This document shows positions 38,001 through 50,901 of a stretch of DNA of 64,000 nucleotides, in pieces (the stretch's first letter is position 1; the number at the start of each line of letters is the position of its first letter). This DNA is from Oopsacas minuta. Taxonomy: Eukaryota; Animalia; Porifera. The DNA is taken from the NCBI GenBank assembly GCA_024704765.1, contig JAKMXF010000306.1:124001-188000 (forward strand), in the 5' to 3' direction. The translations under genes were made by a program, and so were the position numbers. Below the pieces are notes generated by a model, which saw only the letters and a list, made by a program, of their open reading frames with translations, made no database searches and had not been told where the DNA came from.

Positions 38001-38982
38001 TAGATCTCAAACAGCTTGTGATCGTTCACATTTTCTCTTGTTTATTGTTTCACCTCTTGAATTGAAGATTGCCAAGGAAATTTTATCTAGTCTAATCAAT
38101 ACCCAATTTCTAGAACCAAGAGTATAGAATGGAATGTTGGTATTATTTTGGTTTCGCTGAACTTCGCTGGACAAATATTTGTAGAATCGTTTTATTAGAT
38201 AGTCTCTCGTACGTGTAATATCCTGAATAGTGCGAGAAATTGCGAGAAACTGTTGTTCACAACAAAACACCTTCGCATGTTTCATATTATATAACCTATA
38301 ATTATGCTGTATCATCACAAATTTTAAGTATAGAAAATTAATGAAATTCACATAAATTGGGTTTGAGCTGTAAAAGTAACATTAGAACTACACCCAGTAT
38401 AAGTTTGATAGTATTTGAAAGTTGAAATTAAATTTATAGGAATTTAAGTTGAGTGAACAAAACTATGATTTCAAAATGCCCGAACATTAACAAATTTGGT
38501 GAGACTTTGAGATAGTACAATACTCATGTAAGTTGATAAAGATAAAAAGTAGTTCTAGATTTGGATACACCTGCATATTTCTAATCATTCTCAATATATA
38601 CATTGACAAGATTTAGATATTAAAATTTCCCCTCCTAGAAGCGAATAACCAACTGCGCTCGTGCTTGTTTCATCAGCACCAGAAAAACATTTTGAAATTC
38701 CTTTTCTTTCAAGCACATCTTTGATTAATATCCCCGAGCACTTGCTTATACCATATATGTTGGATACTAGTCATATGCCATCCAGTCCAACCACATCAAC
38801 TCGGAATAAATTTGGACTTAATGTCACATAGGGTCCTTAAGAAGTTCCAATGTTAGATTTGCCAGTAATAGAGCCTGAGTTACCAGTCCCCAATTGTACT
38901 TAACTTTCGTATACTCCACCCTAGAGTAAACAATCAAATCTTGCAAATGCGATGTATCCATGGTAACTGTATAGGTTTAGTG

Positions 38983-41244
38983 CAGTGGCTCTCAACCAGG
39001 GGGATATCCCCCATTGGGGGGGATTGCAATACCGAAGAAGGGGGATGAACGCAGGAGGGGGATAGAGGGGATACATATCCGGAGAGAACAATCTATACTT
39101 GGGGTGTGCGTAAATAATCTAGTCAGAGGAGGCTCCTCGCTACCGCTACTTAGTATTTATCTTTGTATTCAATTTCTCGCTCTTTTAAAAACCCATTTGC
39201 ATATTAAGTCGATAAAGTTAGTACTCAGATATAATTATTGTTAATACTTTGTAAGGATTCGAAAAGATGGCAAGCTTTGCGATTAGAAAAGATACTTCAT
39301 AGGATGCCAAAGTACAACATTTCAAATCGGTAGACTGAGTAAAGAGAGAAAAATATTTTTGTTGATTCAAATAGACTTTCTTTTTCTGCAAAAAGTACTC
39401 TATTGGCTGCCCCACCTCTGTGGGATGTTTTGAAAATTGATGCGCTTTTAAATGATTAGGCCTCATAGAAACATTCGCCAAGCGTACATGGCAGGTCAAG
39501 CAAAGAGGTTTTAATTCGTCTGGACTAGAAATGAATCCAAACTGCAGATAAGAGGGATCATAATGTCGACTTCTGAATTTGCATTTGGTCGGACATAATC
39601 TTCTGATTGTATAATAAAGTCTTGCAATGATGGGATTGAAAATTAATTAATGTAGATTAGTTCTATGTTATATTCATGTAAATTTTAAAATTAAAATTGT
39701 ATCGATCAATAGGATGCCATATTATTCATATTATTGGAATCACACATCGATAACGTATTCACAATCGAATACATAGTATTTATTGTCATACAAAAGCAAT
39801 TTATATTTGTCAGATGCATAAAAAACCTCACACAGATGCAGAAACTCTAATCAAACCTTCGCTGTTGGCTTGTGCCAAGCATGTTCTGGGAAGTGCGGCA
39901 GCTGAGAAACTAGACAAAATCCCGTTACCTAATGATACAGTAAAAAGGAGGATTAGTGAAATTTCACAGAAATTAGAAGATAAATTGGTTCGGCTTATAA
40001 AGGATATTCCTATCTGCATTCAATTAGATGAGTCAACATTTGGAGCAGAATCTACTCTTATTGTCTGTATGCGCTTCATCGATAACGATTACATAAACGA
40101 AGAATTGCTTTTCGTTGATTATTTTAAAGGTCGTTGTACTGGACAAGATATCTTCAAGATGGTTAGATCCTATTTTGACTCACATCAGATTAGTTTAAGC
40201 CAAGTTGTTAGTGTTAATACAGATGGAGCTCGAAATATGACTGGTAGAGATACTGGATTCTGGGGATGTTTAAAAAGGGAAGTACCGCAGTGCAGTTTTA
40301 TCCATTGGATGCTTCATAAACAGGCGTTAGCTGCTAAAAATCTCCAGTCTGAACTTCATGAAACACTTAACCTTGTCATCAAAGTTGTGAACTTTGTCAA
40401 ATCAAGTCCTTTGAACGAACGTATACCAAGAAAACTATGTGGAGATTCGGAAGCAGAACACGACGTCTTCCTTTTCCACACAGAAGTTCGCTGGCTTAGT
40501 AGAGGAAAAGCTCTTGAACGAGTATATTCTATTTATGATCAGTTAGGGTGAATTTCTAGACCAGAAACATTTCTTCGAGACAGAAGAGTTTACATCCATC
40601 CATCTATTTCAAACTGAAATTAGCTTATCTTACTGAAATCTTCTCTTACTATAACCTGAGTAATCTTAGGTTGCAGGGAGATGGGATTTTTCTTCAAGCG
40701 GCTATAGAAAATGTGACTACATTTCAAAATAAGTTGAAATTCTTTCGTTTATTATACTGAGCAACCAATGGAACATGTTCCCACTTGTAGAAGCAATTCT
40801 TTCTCTTTCAGCACATCTTGAAGTTAAATTTACTCCCCTTGTCGAAGAACATTTGATGAATCTAGTTACTGATTTTCCAATCGATTTTCGGACGTTCCAT
40901 CAATCCCTAAATACCTGCTAACCCCGATGGATATGTCACTGGAAGATATGATGGACTTAGATGACATCCTAGTAGACGAGTTGTTATATTTAGAGGCAAA
41001 TGAGGAGGCAAAAGCTAAATATTCTTGTGCTAACAAAACGAAGTTCTGGTTTTTAGTGAAGGGGATAGCCCAAATCTTTTTAAAACAGCTAAAATATTGC
41101 TTTTGCTTCCATTTCCAACAACATATTTTTGTGAGAAACGTTTTCTTCAGCAAATTTTCCTCGGTCAAAACACCGCAGGCGGCTTGACTTCAGGGAAGAT
41201 TTAAGGATATCAGCATCAAGTTATAGTCCAGATATTGAAATATT
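38983..41244 (+). mobile_element. Buster-type hAT element with an internal 542-bp inversion (39275-39816), truncated at the 3' end by a Merlin
   Basis: 5' end CAGTGGCTCTCAACC. The N-terminus (RHYDPSYLQFGFI, PLCLTC, ASYEVSFLIAK) is on the minus strand; the rest (HKKPHT, QLDEST, NTDGARNMTG, HTEVRWLSRG) is on the plus strand. Confidence 0.8.
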
Positions 41245-42208
41245 GGTACAACTATAGAATTGCACCCCTCGAACTTTTCATCCGAAATGTAAAGCGCACT
41301 TATTCTAGCCTGATCGTACTCGCTAAGTGATGAAGATTCCACTTTAAAATGTTCAAATCGGTGCACAATTGAAAAAGTTAGAGCTAAATTACACTACTAA
41401 GCCAAAATCTATGGGCGAAATTGTATTAGTCATCAAATCAATTTATACTGATTCTAGTTACTATCTATAGCCATAGCAATGTGCCTTCTAACATCATTAC
41501 ATAGTGACTTACATTATTGAGAATCCTGAACAGGAATGCCAATTACAAAATAACAAGCAATCATAATTATTACCAATACTTCAGAACAATGCTGTCAATT
41601 ATCAAAACGTAAGAGTGCAAAATGAAGCTAACTAGTTCATGATTAGTATTGTAATTCTAATAACTTAGTTATATAATGTTGTTTGCAACACTGCAACAAC
41701 TTGCAGCCTGTTAACAGGCCTACGAGAGGGTGGGGCAGTCGGGGTCAAATTCGACAGGTGTCACTATCTTCGTACATTGTGAGAATATAGTTATCAGAAT
41801 GTTGTGTTAGAAAATAAAGCATTTGATCGTAATAATTATGGTGAGAGCATACGTACTTGTAATCATCCTATCTTCTTGTTGTTGTTTATCACTCACTAAT
41901 GTAAGTTACCATTGCAAAAAGGGTATTGTTTGCAAGTATGATGAGTATATCTATCATTGATAATTCTCAGGAAATTGTTTTATTATTCAAACATAGGTTA
42001 TAGAAATAACGAGAAACCTTCGGGATCCTAAGATTCCACCCCAGGATTGTGATTTGAGAAATAATCCCCTGTGTACAACAATTCTTGGATCCCGGGATTG
42101 TAGCCCCTAATTGTAATATTGAGATATTGAGTTTGAAAAATCACACATATAATCTAAACTTACTATTACTTATTGTTATCACTTAACTATAATTTGAACA
42201 CATATTAG

Positions 42209-43130
42209 CTAAACAACAGGATAAGCATTTCTTATTGATTTTACAATGTTGTTAAATTTGTTCTCTTTGTTCCTTCTCCTCCAACATGATTCAATCTGGT
42301 GTGTTTCTAAAAGATCAGGATTCGTTGTTTGCCCCTTTCTCAATCTCTTCTTCACGCTTCCCCAAGAACTTTCTATCCCTTGAGTATGCACTCCTGTGTG
42401 AGGATCCACAAAATTCTGAGAGTGATTGATTGTGTGATGAACATAAGTAGTGTCTTGTAGGATGGCATATGAAGCCCACTCATCAGAGTGTATCGTAGTT
42501 CCAGGTAGAATATATTGTTGGATTATTGGAAGCAGAGTTGCAATAGTACGGTTAGTCACAACTACCATGACAGCTTTATTAGTACCCGTTCGAACATGCC
42601 AAATACTCATTTACCAGTTAGAACCCTCCCACGACTGTATTTCCGCTTTCTGAATTTGGACTCGTCTATCTCGACAATCGTACCAGATCCTCCGATCGGT
42701 TCGGGGTTAACAATGAGATCTTCAATACAGACATCTTTCATGAAGTTCTTCAAATCTACAACTGTGTTTGGACTCCAGTCTACTGTTTCTCCAAGAACAT
42801 GTGCGCCTGTATATCTTCCGACCAGTAGTACAGAAACTTGAGCATTTTAGGAAGGGGTATATTAGAAGCCTCAAAAATGAACCGTGTCGAATGGAACAAG
42901 TCTTCTTACAACCTGCAACAGGGCATCTCCAGATTTAGCCTGGATGCCGAGGATATGGCCCTTCACGCATCAACTCCCCACACTAGCCAACAGGCCACAC
43001 TTCCTGAACCAAGTTAGTGTCGCGTTATCAAATTGTGCCGTCAGAATTACTTCATCAATTTTCAAATTTGCTAAGATACCAGGAACTATATACCATAACA
43101 GTTGTGCGTTCATTTCTCAATTACTTATGC
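42209..43130 (-). pseudogene. Merlin/ISXO2-like transposase, frameshifted
   Basis: IGGSGTIVEIDESKFRKRKYSRGR, LLPIIQQYILPGTTIHSDEWASY, INHSQNFVDPHTGVHTQGIESSW. Confidence 0.85.
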
Positions 43131-43390
43131 ATTCTGCCTTTCGTGTATATATATTGAGTATCATAACCTTAGCAACAATACAAGATGTTTGGAATTGATT
43201 AATTATGTATTTGTTTATAATACCACAACAACGATAATGCAGTTAAACGACTACCAATTTGCATACCTATAACTATTTATAATAATTTTGGTTAATGGTA
43301 CGCCATATTGATATCTTTAGAGCATGTTAGTTAAGATATTTTAGATTGCAATTAGGAATGTGTTCAATTTGGAAATGGAAATAATGATTA

Positions 43391-43493
43391 CAGTATAAAC
43401 CGCTTTAATCTAACAATTTATTGATAACAGAAAAGGGTTAGAAAAATCCAATAGTTAGAATAACCCGCTGTTAGAAAAAAACGGTTTCGAGTG
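43391..43493. mobile_element. Small pogo/Tigger-like MITE
   Basis: TA flanks; imperfect TIR CAGTATAAACCGCTTTAATCTAAC versus CACTCGAAACCGTTTTTTTCTAAC. Confidence 0.42.
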
Positions 43494-43992
43494 TATCTAG
43501 AAGTAGTACAAATATTGTTTTGTATTATCACAACAAACCGAGAAGGGAAAAGTATTTCGATAATGTAGAGGAGATTAGTCGAGGAATCAGAATACTATTA
43601 CTTCAGTGCAATACAAAATATGAGCCATTCTAAACCTCCGTAATTAATTCAAGCTGAACGAACCTGTTTCTATTTACCATTGTCTGAACATTTATAGATT
43701 TTGCTAATCCAAAAAAGGATATTAAATTAAATGCCTTCTCAACCCCTAAGTCCTAAAGATTTATAATTTGAAGGTTGGTGGCAAATCATTTAAAGCATTG
43801 GATGAGAGTCACAACATAAATTTCTTAATACATATACATTTCAAGGTGACCGCAAAATAAGATGAAAATTAAAAGCCATATACGTTCGTTTGCTTGTTTT
43901 CTATAACAGATCAATTCTATGTTTATTTGAATAGTATATTTGGTCAACAATTATCAATACAATACATAATTATTAAAGTTATGCAGTGATAA

Positions 43993-45199
43993 CACTGGGC
44001 AACATCAAATTTATTCCTCAAATGAAAATATATTACCTAGACTAACTTTGGGATGCTGATTCCAAATCTGAAATCAGAATTGGTCTATCACGTCAGGATT
44101 TCAAGATACGAAAATTCACGAAATTCAGATTTTGAATTGATTGGCACTATATTATAAGGTACTATACAGTACAAGTTAGGCCTATTGTATAATTTTCTTT
44201 CCCAGCGAATTGTTGGTCAACAATGCATATTATGTACGGTTAATATTAACATTATTCTGTAAATGTAATGTTCTATCTTTTGACAATTAATGCATTCTTG
44301 AGTGTTCTTGGCCATGGCTATAAGGAGGGGTTATTTAGCCTACTTGCGGGTGGATTGTAGACTGTATCGATAAACCAACAACATTACTGTTTTGCAGAAT
44401 TTTTAGTTTGTAACTGATTGTGTATTTAAGCTTTTTGTTTACAATGAATACGAGCAGAAGACAATGCACGAACCACCCAGATAACTTCTGCTATATTTGT
44501 GGAAAATTTACGCCGAAGCCCCAGCGAAGAAATATTGCCAATCGTGTCAAGATTGGCTACAAGTATTACTTTGGTTGCAAAGTTGGTGACCAAGACAAGA
44601 ACTGGGCACCTCACATCTGCTGTACCGTCTGCTATGCTAGTCTAATCCAATGGCTTAATGGAAAGAAGAAATCCATGCCATTTGCGGTACCTATGATTTG
44701 GCGAGAACCTAAAAACCATACGTCGGATTGTTATTTTTGCACAACAAATATTGCTGGATTTTCGACCTCTATACCGTGATGGAATCGCGGTATAGAGGTC
44801 GATTTAACCCAAACATGATGGGGGACTACTGTTGGTTTCTCCAGCGTGAAACTGACACTGAACATGCCCGAAAGAGCAAGTGTATAAAGCACTTTTGAGA
44901 GGATACAATGTTATTTTTGTCTGGTTTAATCATCCTGGGTTGTGTTAAATTGTGCAAAATGATAATTCTGTTATTTTCACTAGCAATCACTGTGTTTATT
45001 ACATGTAATGTTTTGTTCTGCACAGCCAAAATTAGCCAAAATGACAATTACGGGTTGTTGTGTGCATATGTCGTATCTCAAAAACGTGACGTGTTTGAAG
45101 AAATCTAAGGGCAGATTTGGATTCAACATGGCCATATTAGTCTAGGTAAACTTGAAACGAGCAAGGAATAAAAAATAAGTTGTAAAATGTTGTCCAGTG
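43993..45199 (+). mobile_element. Internally deleted Chapaev3 element, 1207 bp
   Basis: Ends CACTGGGCAACAT / ATGTTGTCCAGTG; TAA TSDs; the N-terminus (FCYICG...DCYFC) is joined directly to the C-terminus (MESRYRGRFNPNMMGDYCW). Confidence 0.87.
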
Positions 45200-45261
45200 T
45201 AATCATCAACATGTATTTGCATTGTGATAGTGTTGAATTATTACTCATGGTATGCTTGTAT

Positions 45262-45285
45262 ATCATCATCATCATCATCATCATC
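45262..45285. repeat. (ATC)8 microsatellite
   Basis: Directly visible. Confidence 0.9.
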
Positions 45286-45819
45286 GTCATGGTAATCGCC
45301 ATAACGAAAAGAACATGCACATAGTATAAGCAATCTGTAATTCTTAAATTCTAAGTTGTTTAATACGTCTTTCAATGAAGACCTATTACATATAATACGT
45401 ATTATACGTTCAATCTACGATTTTTAGTGACGCATTTTCTATTAGGGTGATTTCTGCAATAAATATTTCGCATCAAAATCGTGAGTCTCGAATTGTTAAT
45501 GAGAAATCTCAACATAGTTGACCAAATTATATAATTCTTGTCATAATGTGACTTATACTAGTCTAACAGTGTCGCAATCTCATATTCTAGATTAACCTAG
45601 ACGTGTAATGAGTTAAAATTGATTGCGTATAACGTATTATACGTTTAATGCATATTATACAACTTAGCTTAAATTAGTATGGTTTTGGCTTCCTTCAATA
45701 TAAATGAAAATTAGTGTAGCTTTCTCAATTCTTGGCCGATAGTTGCGCTATTTTCACCTATCCACATCTTCATTAAAACAAATTTTCATCAAGGTGTGCA
45801 TTACTATAGTTGTACCAAT

Positions 45820-45866
45820 TTTAGAATCAGAATGCGGCCCTCGCAGAAAAAGTTTGCTCACCCCTG
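45820..45866. mobile_element. Isolated hAT terminal fragment
   Basis: GCGGCCCTCGCAGAAAAAGTTTGCTCACCCCTG is the reverse complement of a CAGGGGTGAGCAAAC-type hAT end. Confidence 0.55.
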
Positions 45867-45868
45867 GT

Positions 45869-46010
45869 TTATTCCCCTACTCACTTTAATTTTATCTGTC
45901 TTACAGTGTATTCTCTTACTCACCTTTAGATGTAACTCTGTCTAACAGTATTATTTACATCTCACTTTTTAATATATCTCGTCTTACAGTGTATTCCCTT
46001 ATTCAATTTT
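45869..46010. repeat. Degenerate tandem repeat, unit about 41 bp, about 3.5 copies
   Basis: Recurring TATTC.CTTACTCAC...TCTGTCTTACAG(TG). Confidence 0.55.
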
Positions 46011-47814
46011 CATTTGAAATGATTCCAACATGTTTTGATTAATTTTTTCCACTGTTGGGTGCTGATTAATTCTATCCACGTGTCTTTGTTTCTCAATTTC
46101 AATTTGTGTTTCAATTATAGTTCAGGGACGTGTTATTTGGCCAATAGATATTGTACATAACAATACATGTTATTTTTCAATAGCATTATGAGTATATTTC
46201 ATATATGCTTGGACATTGAATACAGATAGGTTTTGGTTCAGTCCTTCCCTTGCTCCCCAATTCACCTACAATTGATGATATTTCGGCTAGTGTAATGCAC
46301 ATTGAATATTTAAAATTGTGAAAATGAAGCTACGTAATGTCTTTTCATAATCATCAATCTATGTAGATATTCATTACTGAAAATGAATTGGGTCGAAGTG
46401 CCTGACCATCACATGTCAAATGGTGGTTAATGTATGTCTAATTGTAGATTCAATCCCTGATATCAATTTGATTCTTCATACTCTGCTATTACAATAGTAA
46501 AACTGAAAGACTGAGACTGTGCCAGAGTTCATCGATCATGTGTCTTTCATTTACACTGGATCCAATGCACATGAGCATCATTTGTACTTCATAGAATCTT
46601 CTTATATCCGGCATGTTCTTATAGCTGACATATCGACATGTGGTGAGGAAATTGGATATTACTTATCAATGGCGCCAAGTTTGGGGGAACAAATTCAAAC
46701 CTGGTAGAGGGGGGCTCAGACCTCTCCAGTTAACTAAACTTGCCCCCAATGTCGCTGATACGAACACCATCTAGGAGTAGCAAAATATTTCACCAAAGAT
46801 ATGTCCTAGAGATATATATATATATACATGAGTATATGAAGACCGTTTTCAAGCAATGGTTCTTATAAGTGTTATTCACTTCCTCAGGCTATGTTCTTAT
46901 ACCAGATATACATTCTAGGGGTAACCGGTTTATAGTATAATGTTCTTAAATACTGCAATAATTCAATGGAGTTCAAAAGATTTGGCTGAGAGAGCTAGAG
47001 TAATTGTTTAGGTACAATTGGAGAATCTTACACCCCCGACTTTTTAATGAGGTCAAAAATCCCTATATGTACCGTTCAAGAACTCGTTGAGAGAAGTTGA
47101 TAGAGCGAAAGAAATCCAAAATCGGATTCAAATTGACAAAGTTAGGAAAAAACTCCCAAGCCAAATCCTATGGGGAGAATTGTATTACTCACTATAGTCA
47201 ATTTGTATTGATTTATACATTACAACTACCATAGGAATGCGCATACTGTTGATATTGCGGTTATGCACGCTTGTTACTCTACTCTTTCATGTTCATTTGT
47301 TTGCTATTCAGTGTATTTCACTGCAGGTAATTCTTGTTACTTTAAAAGAAAGCTAGTTATTACATAATTCTGTCTGCAACACTAAATATACAATGCAACA
47401 TTTCATTTCATATTTTATACTATGGTACCTCGATAATTCGATCTAGTTAATCGAATTCCCGATATGACACATATATTTGCATATATTCTGTTTCCTAAAA
47501 TGGTAGTTTAATTTGTATTCCTCCGGCCAAAGCAAACCAATTTTGATCGTTCGTTTGTGTTCGTATCAATGTTAGAAACAATTCATGTACTATTTAATCG
47601 CATAGTTATGATCCAGCTTCTCTCCAGGTGCGTTAGTAATGCTGGAACCAAGTTTTCATGGGTTTCTACTTATGATAGTGGACAGAATATTAAATATATG
47701 ACACCCCATGGCTGGATATAATACTATGGGTAGTAGTTATATTTGGAGTAACTAATTAGTATTGAGCTTTCTATACACTACTTTAGCTACAAATCTACAA
47801 TATAACAAGTACTG

Positions 47815-48792
47815 CTATAAAAGAAACACCAAAGCAGAAGTATGGTACAGTTGGACAACTGGATATTGTTTCCTTATTTCCATGATAAGGTTGGAGAAAC
47901 TAGCTTCTCCAAATTTCTTCTGCCAACAAACTTCAGATAAGTTGGTATCTAATAGTATGGGGTTAGTAGTCATGCAATTCCTCTGCCGTTTCTTCGCACT
48001 ACCCCATGTACTCTCAACTGTTTGCGTATGTACACCTGTAGTAGGGTCAACAAAATTGAGACTATGGTTGACGGTGAGATGCTGAAAACTTGCAGTGGGG
48101 ATAGAATTACACGATGCCCATTCATCAGAAAGTATGGCAGTGCCCGGAAAAATATATCTCTGGATGAGAGGGACTAATGTTGCAGCCGACCTGTCTTGAA
48201 CAGGTATCATAAAGACATCTTTTGTCTCTCCATCTATTCCTCCAAATGCCCATTGACCTGATAGCATACGACCTCTTGAATACTTTCGATGTCCAAACTT
48301 TGATTCATCTATTTCTACAATATGCCCAGGCCCTTCAGTTTGTTGAGGATTGACTAAAAATTCCTCAACACATAGGTCTCTTTGGAAGTTCTTCCAGTCT
48401 GTTATAGTATGTTCTCCCCACCCCAGATTCTTGTGTAAAAAGGCAGTAGTTTACAGATTATCGGCCCAGAAATAGAGAAATTCTACCAACTCAGGGAACG
48501 GTATATGAGCACCTTCAAAGAATGAGCCAATCCTCATCGAAGCGAATTTCTTCCATGACTTTTCCGGGCACCTCCACCCCTTTCATCTGCAATACCTGAA
48601 AATGTTCCGGGTCGCATAATTCTACCGCATTTGCACATCATCCCGTAGCTAAAAGTCCGTTACTTTTGAGCCATGCTATACAAGTATCTTTATCAATAGT
48701 GATATTACGAAAAAGTTTTTTAAGGTCATTTCTTCAATAACTGGAAATATTGTAGGAACCAGCAAAGGTTGAAACGATGGAGCAACTGCCAT
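47815..48792 (-). pseudogene. Merlin/ISXO2-like transposase, disrupted
   Basis: EGPGHIVEIDESKFGHRKYSRGR, WAFGGID, LVPLIQRYIFPGTAILSDEWAS, VNHSLNFVDPTTGVHTQTVESTW. Confidence 0.87.
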
Positions 48793-49905
48793 TAAGGATT
48801 TTATAATAGAAATATCACAACTCGAATAATTAGGATTTGTTAGCTATATTTCCCTGATATTCCTTTTATACTTGACTTAAGATTGATCGAAATACATTGT
48901 ATGATCGTTTGGAATGTATTCTTTAATTATAGGTAATAATTACATGTGGTTTGCATGCCACTTTACTAAACTATTTGTTGTTCAACTCAATAACCAGACA
49001 AACAGCATTCCAATTATACTAAATTTTGTATGTAATAGATACTGGTATAACTATGAACGCATCAACAAATCTATACAATAGAAATTACATCTGAAACCAC
49101 ATATTTTTACCACACTTCTCATGTTTAATCTCAAGCATATATACCATATTTTAGGTGATTGTTGGTTGTAAAGTAAATTTATGTAAATAATCCCATAATC
49201 AAATAAATTTCTCATTCGGATCGTTATATTGTCTTCCGATAACAATAACTAGTTAATAGAATTTGATTTGGCCATATTAATCCCAAATTAGGCGATGTAC
49301 CTAGTACGTAGCTTATTACAATTTCCTAAATCAAGAGAAAATCGTCTTGAGTGAGTTACTAATTTTCACTCGATAACCTAAATTTGTCCTAATTAAGGGG
49401 AGTTTACTGTCTAATAATACTGGCATTGTAGGGACACAGGAATCACAAACTTACTGTTGCAGCATTCATCACATCTCACCATTAATATAAATTAGCAATT
49501 ATTGATTCGGAGCGACCGCCGAACCTGTTACACCACCTCATAAGGCCCTGTACTGTAAACTTCCGTTATAAGCTAACATCAATTATATAGCTAAACTCAC
49601 GCTATAACAAAGTGATTCACAAACCCCTATAGCTTGAAAGTATTGATCTTACTCCGCATATATCCTAATGCTGCAGATCACGAAATGTAACCGGGTTCGT
49701 ACCGGTCCAGAACATTTCGTTATAATGAGTGTGTTGCAGTACAAACTGATTACACTTGCTCAAGTTTATCTATAATAGACATTTGACCCCACACATTTGC
49801 TTCAGGCAAGAAATACCACCCGTATTATATTAGCTATCCAAAACTTGATACTTTTGCTCTGCACTGGCTAAACATTATCAGGGTATTACAGGGCAAGTGT
49901 CAACC

Positions 49906-50068
49906 CCATACTTGCCAACATGAGTGAAGATACTGGACTACAAAATAGAGGGACAATTAAGGGTTTTGTCAAGTTTTGGCTGGACATTAGCATCATTGGC
50001 AGTCAACACATATTCGGGGCGAGTAATCGTGGTGTCCCGCCAACCAACGGAACAGTTGGCAAGTATGG
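49906..50068. mobile_element. Small MITE-like unit inside Merlin 2
   Basis: Perfect 14-bp inverted ends CCATACTTGCCAAC; no TSD seen. Confidence 0.4.
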
Positions 50069-50901
50069 CACGTTTGAACGACTTCATATACAGGATGCAA
50101 TTTAGTTGCAAGCATAATATGAAATGAAATGTTGCATTGTATATTTAGTGTTGCAGACAGAATTATGTGATAACTAGCTTTCCTTTAAAGTAACAAGAAT
50201 TACCTGCAGTGAAATACACTGAATAGCAAACAAATGAACATGAAAGAGTAGAGTAACAAGCGTGCATAACCGCAATATCAACAGTATGCGCATTCCTATG
50301 GTAGTTGTAATGTATAAATCAATACAAATTGACTATAGTGAGTAATACAATTTTCCCCATAGGATTTGGCTTAGGAAGTAAATTTTTCCTAACTTTGTCA
50401 ATTTGAATCCGATTTTGGATTTCTTTCGCTCTATCAACTTCTCTCAACGAGTTCTTGAACGATACATATAGGGATTTTTGACCTCATTAAAAAGTTGGGG
50501 TGTAAGATTCTGCAATTGTACCATTGTTTGTTATGTTAGAACCAGACTTTTGATAGTTATTAAACAACCATCTGTAAATTATGACATTGGATCCGACTCA
50601 AAATGGTTACCTTACGTTGTATCGATAATTTCTGCGAAATCTATAAATGACTACTTCATTGTAAATTGTGCAAGAGCTCCAGTATGGAAATTTCATACTA
50701 TATTTCCCTTAAGTTATCATATTTGTTAATATGGTTGATGTCGGTTATGAATATGGTCAGGGGTTTCCAAGGTTACCTATATGAATGGAATTTCAATTCT
50801 AAATCTAATCACATAGGATTTCTGTAGGAATCCATATGCCTTTTCCTATATAACTTTCACAAAAGCTGACGAATTTTAATGGAACATGTCTAGTTCACTA
50901 A

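Larger units (their letters stand above)
41245..45816 (-). mobile_element. Merlin (ISXO2/IS1595-like) element 1; boundaries tentative
   Basis: Ends GGTACAACTATAG..TGCAC / GTGCA..CTATAGTTGTACC (13 bp perfect, about 24 bp imperfect); no matching TSD. Confidence 0.55.
47011..50522 (-). mobile_element. Merlin element 2 with about 400-bp TIRs, 3512 bp
   Basis: TIRs at 47011-47414 and 50116-50522 start GGTACAATTG and differ at roughly 10 positions; 8-bp TSD ATTGTTTA / ATTGTTTG. Confidence 0.87.

Noticed and set aside
39795-39816. TTTGTCAG|ATG as a splice acceptor or start for the hAT ORF
   Set aside because: The sequence is the inverted 5' region; flipping the segment restores a continuous IAK-HKKPHT without an intron.
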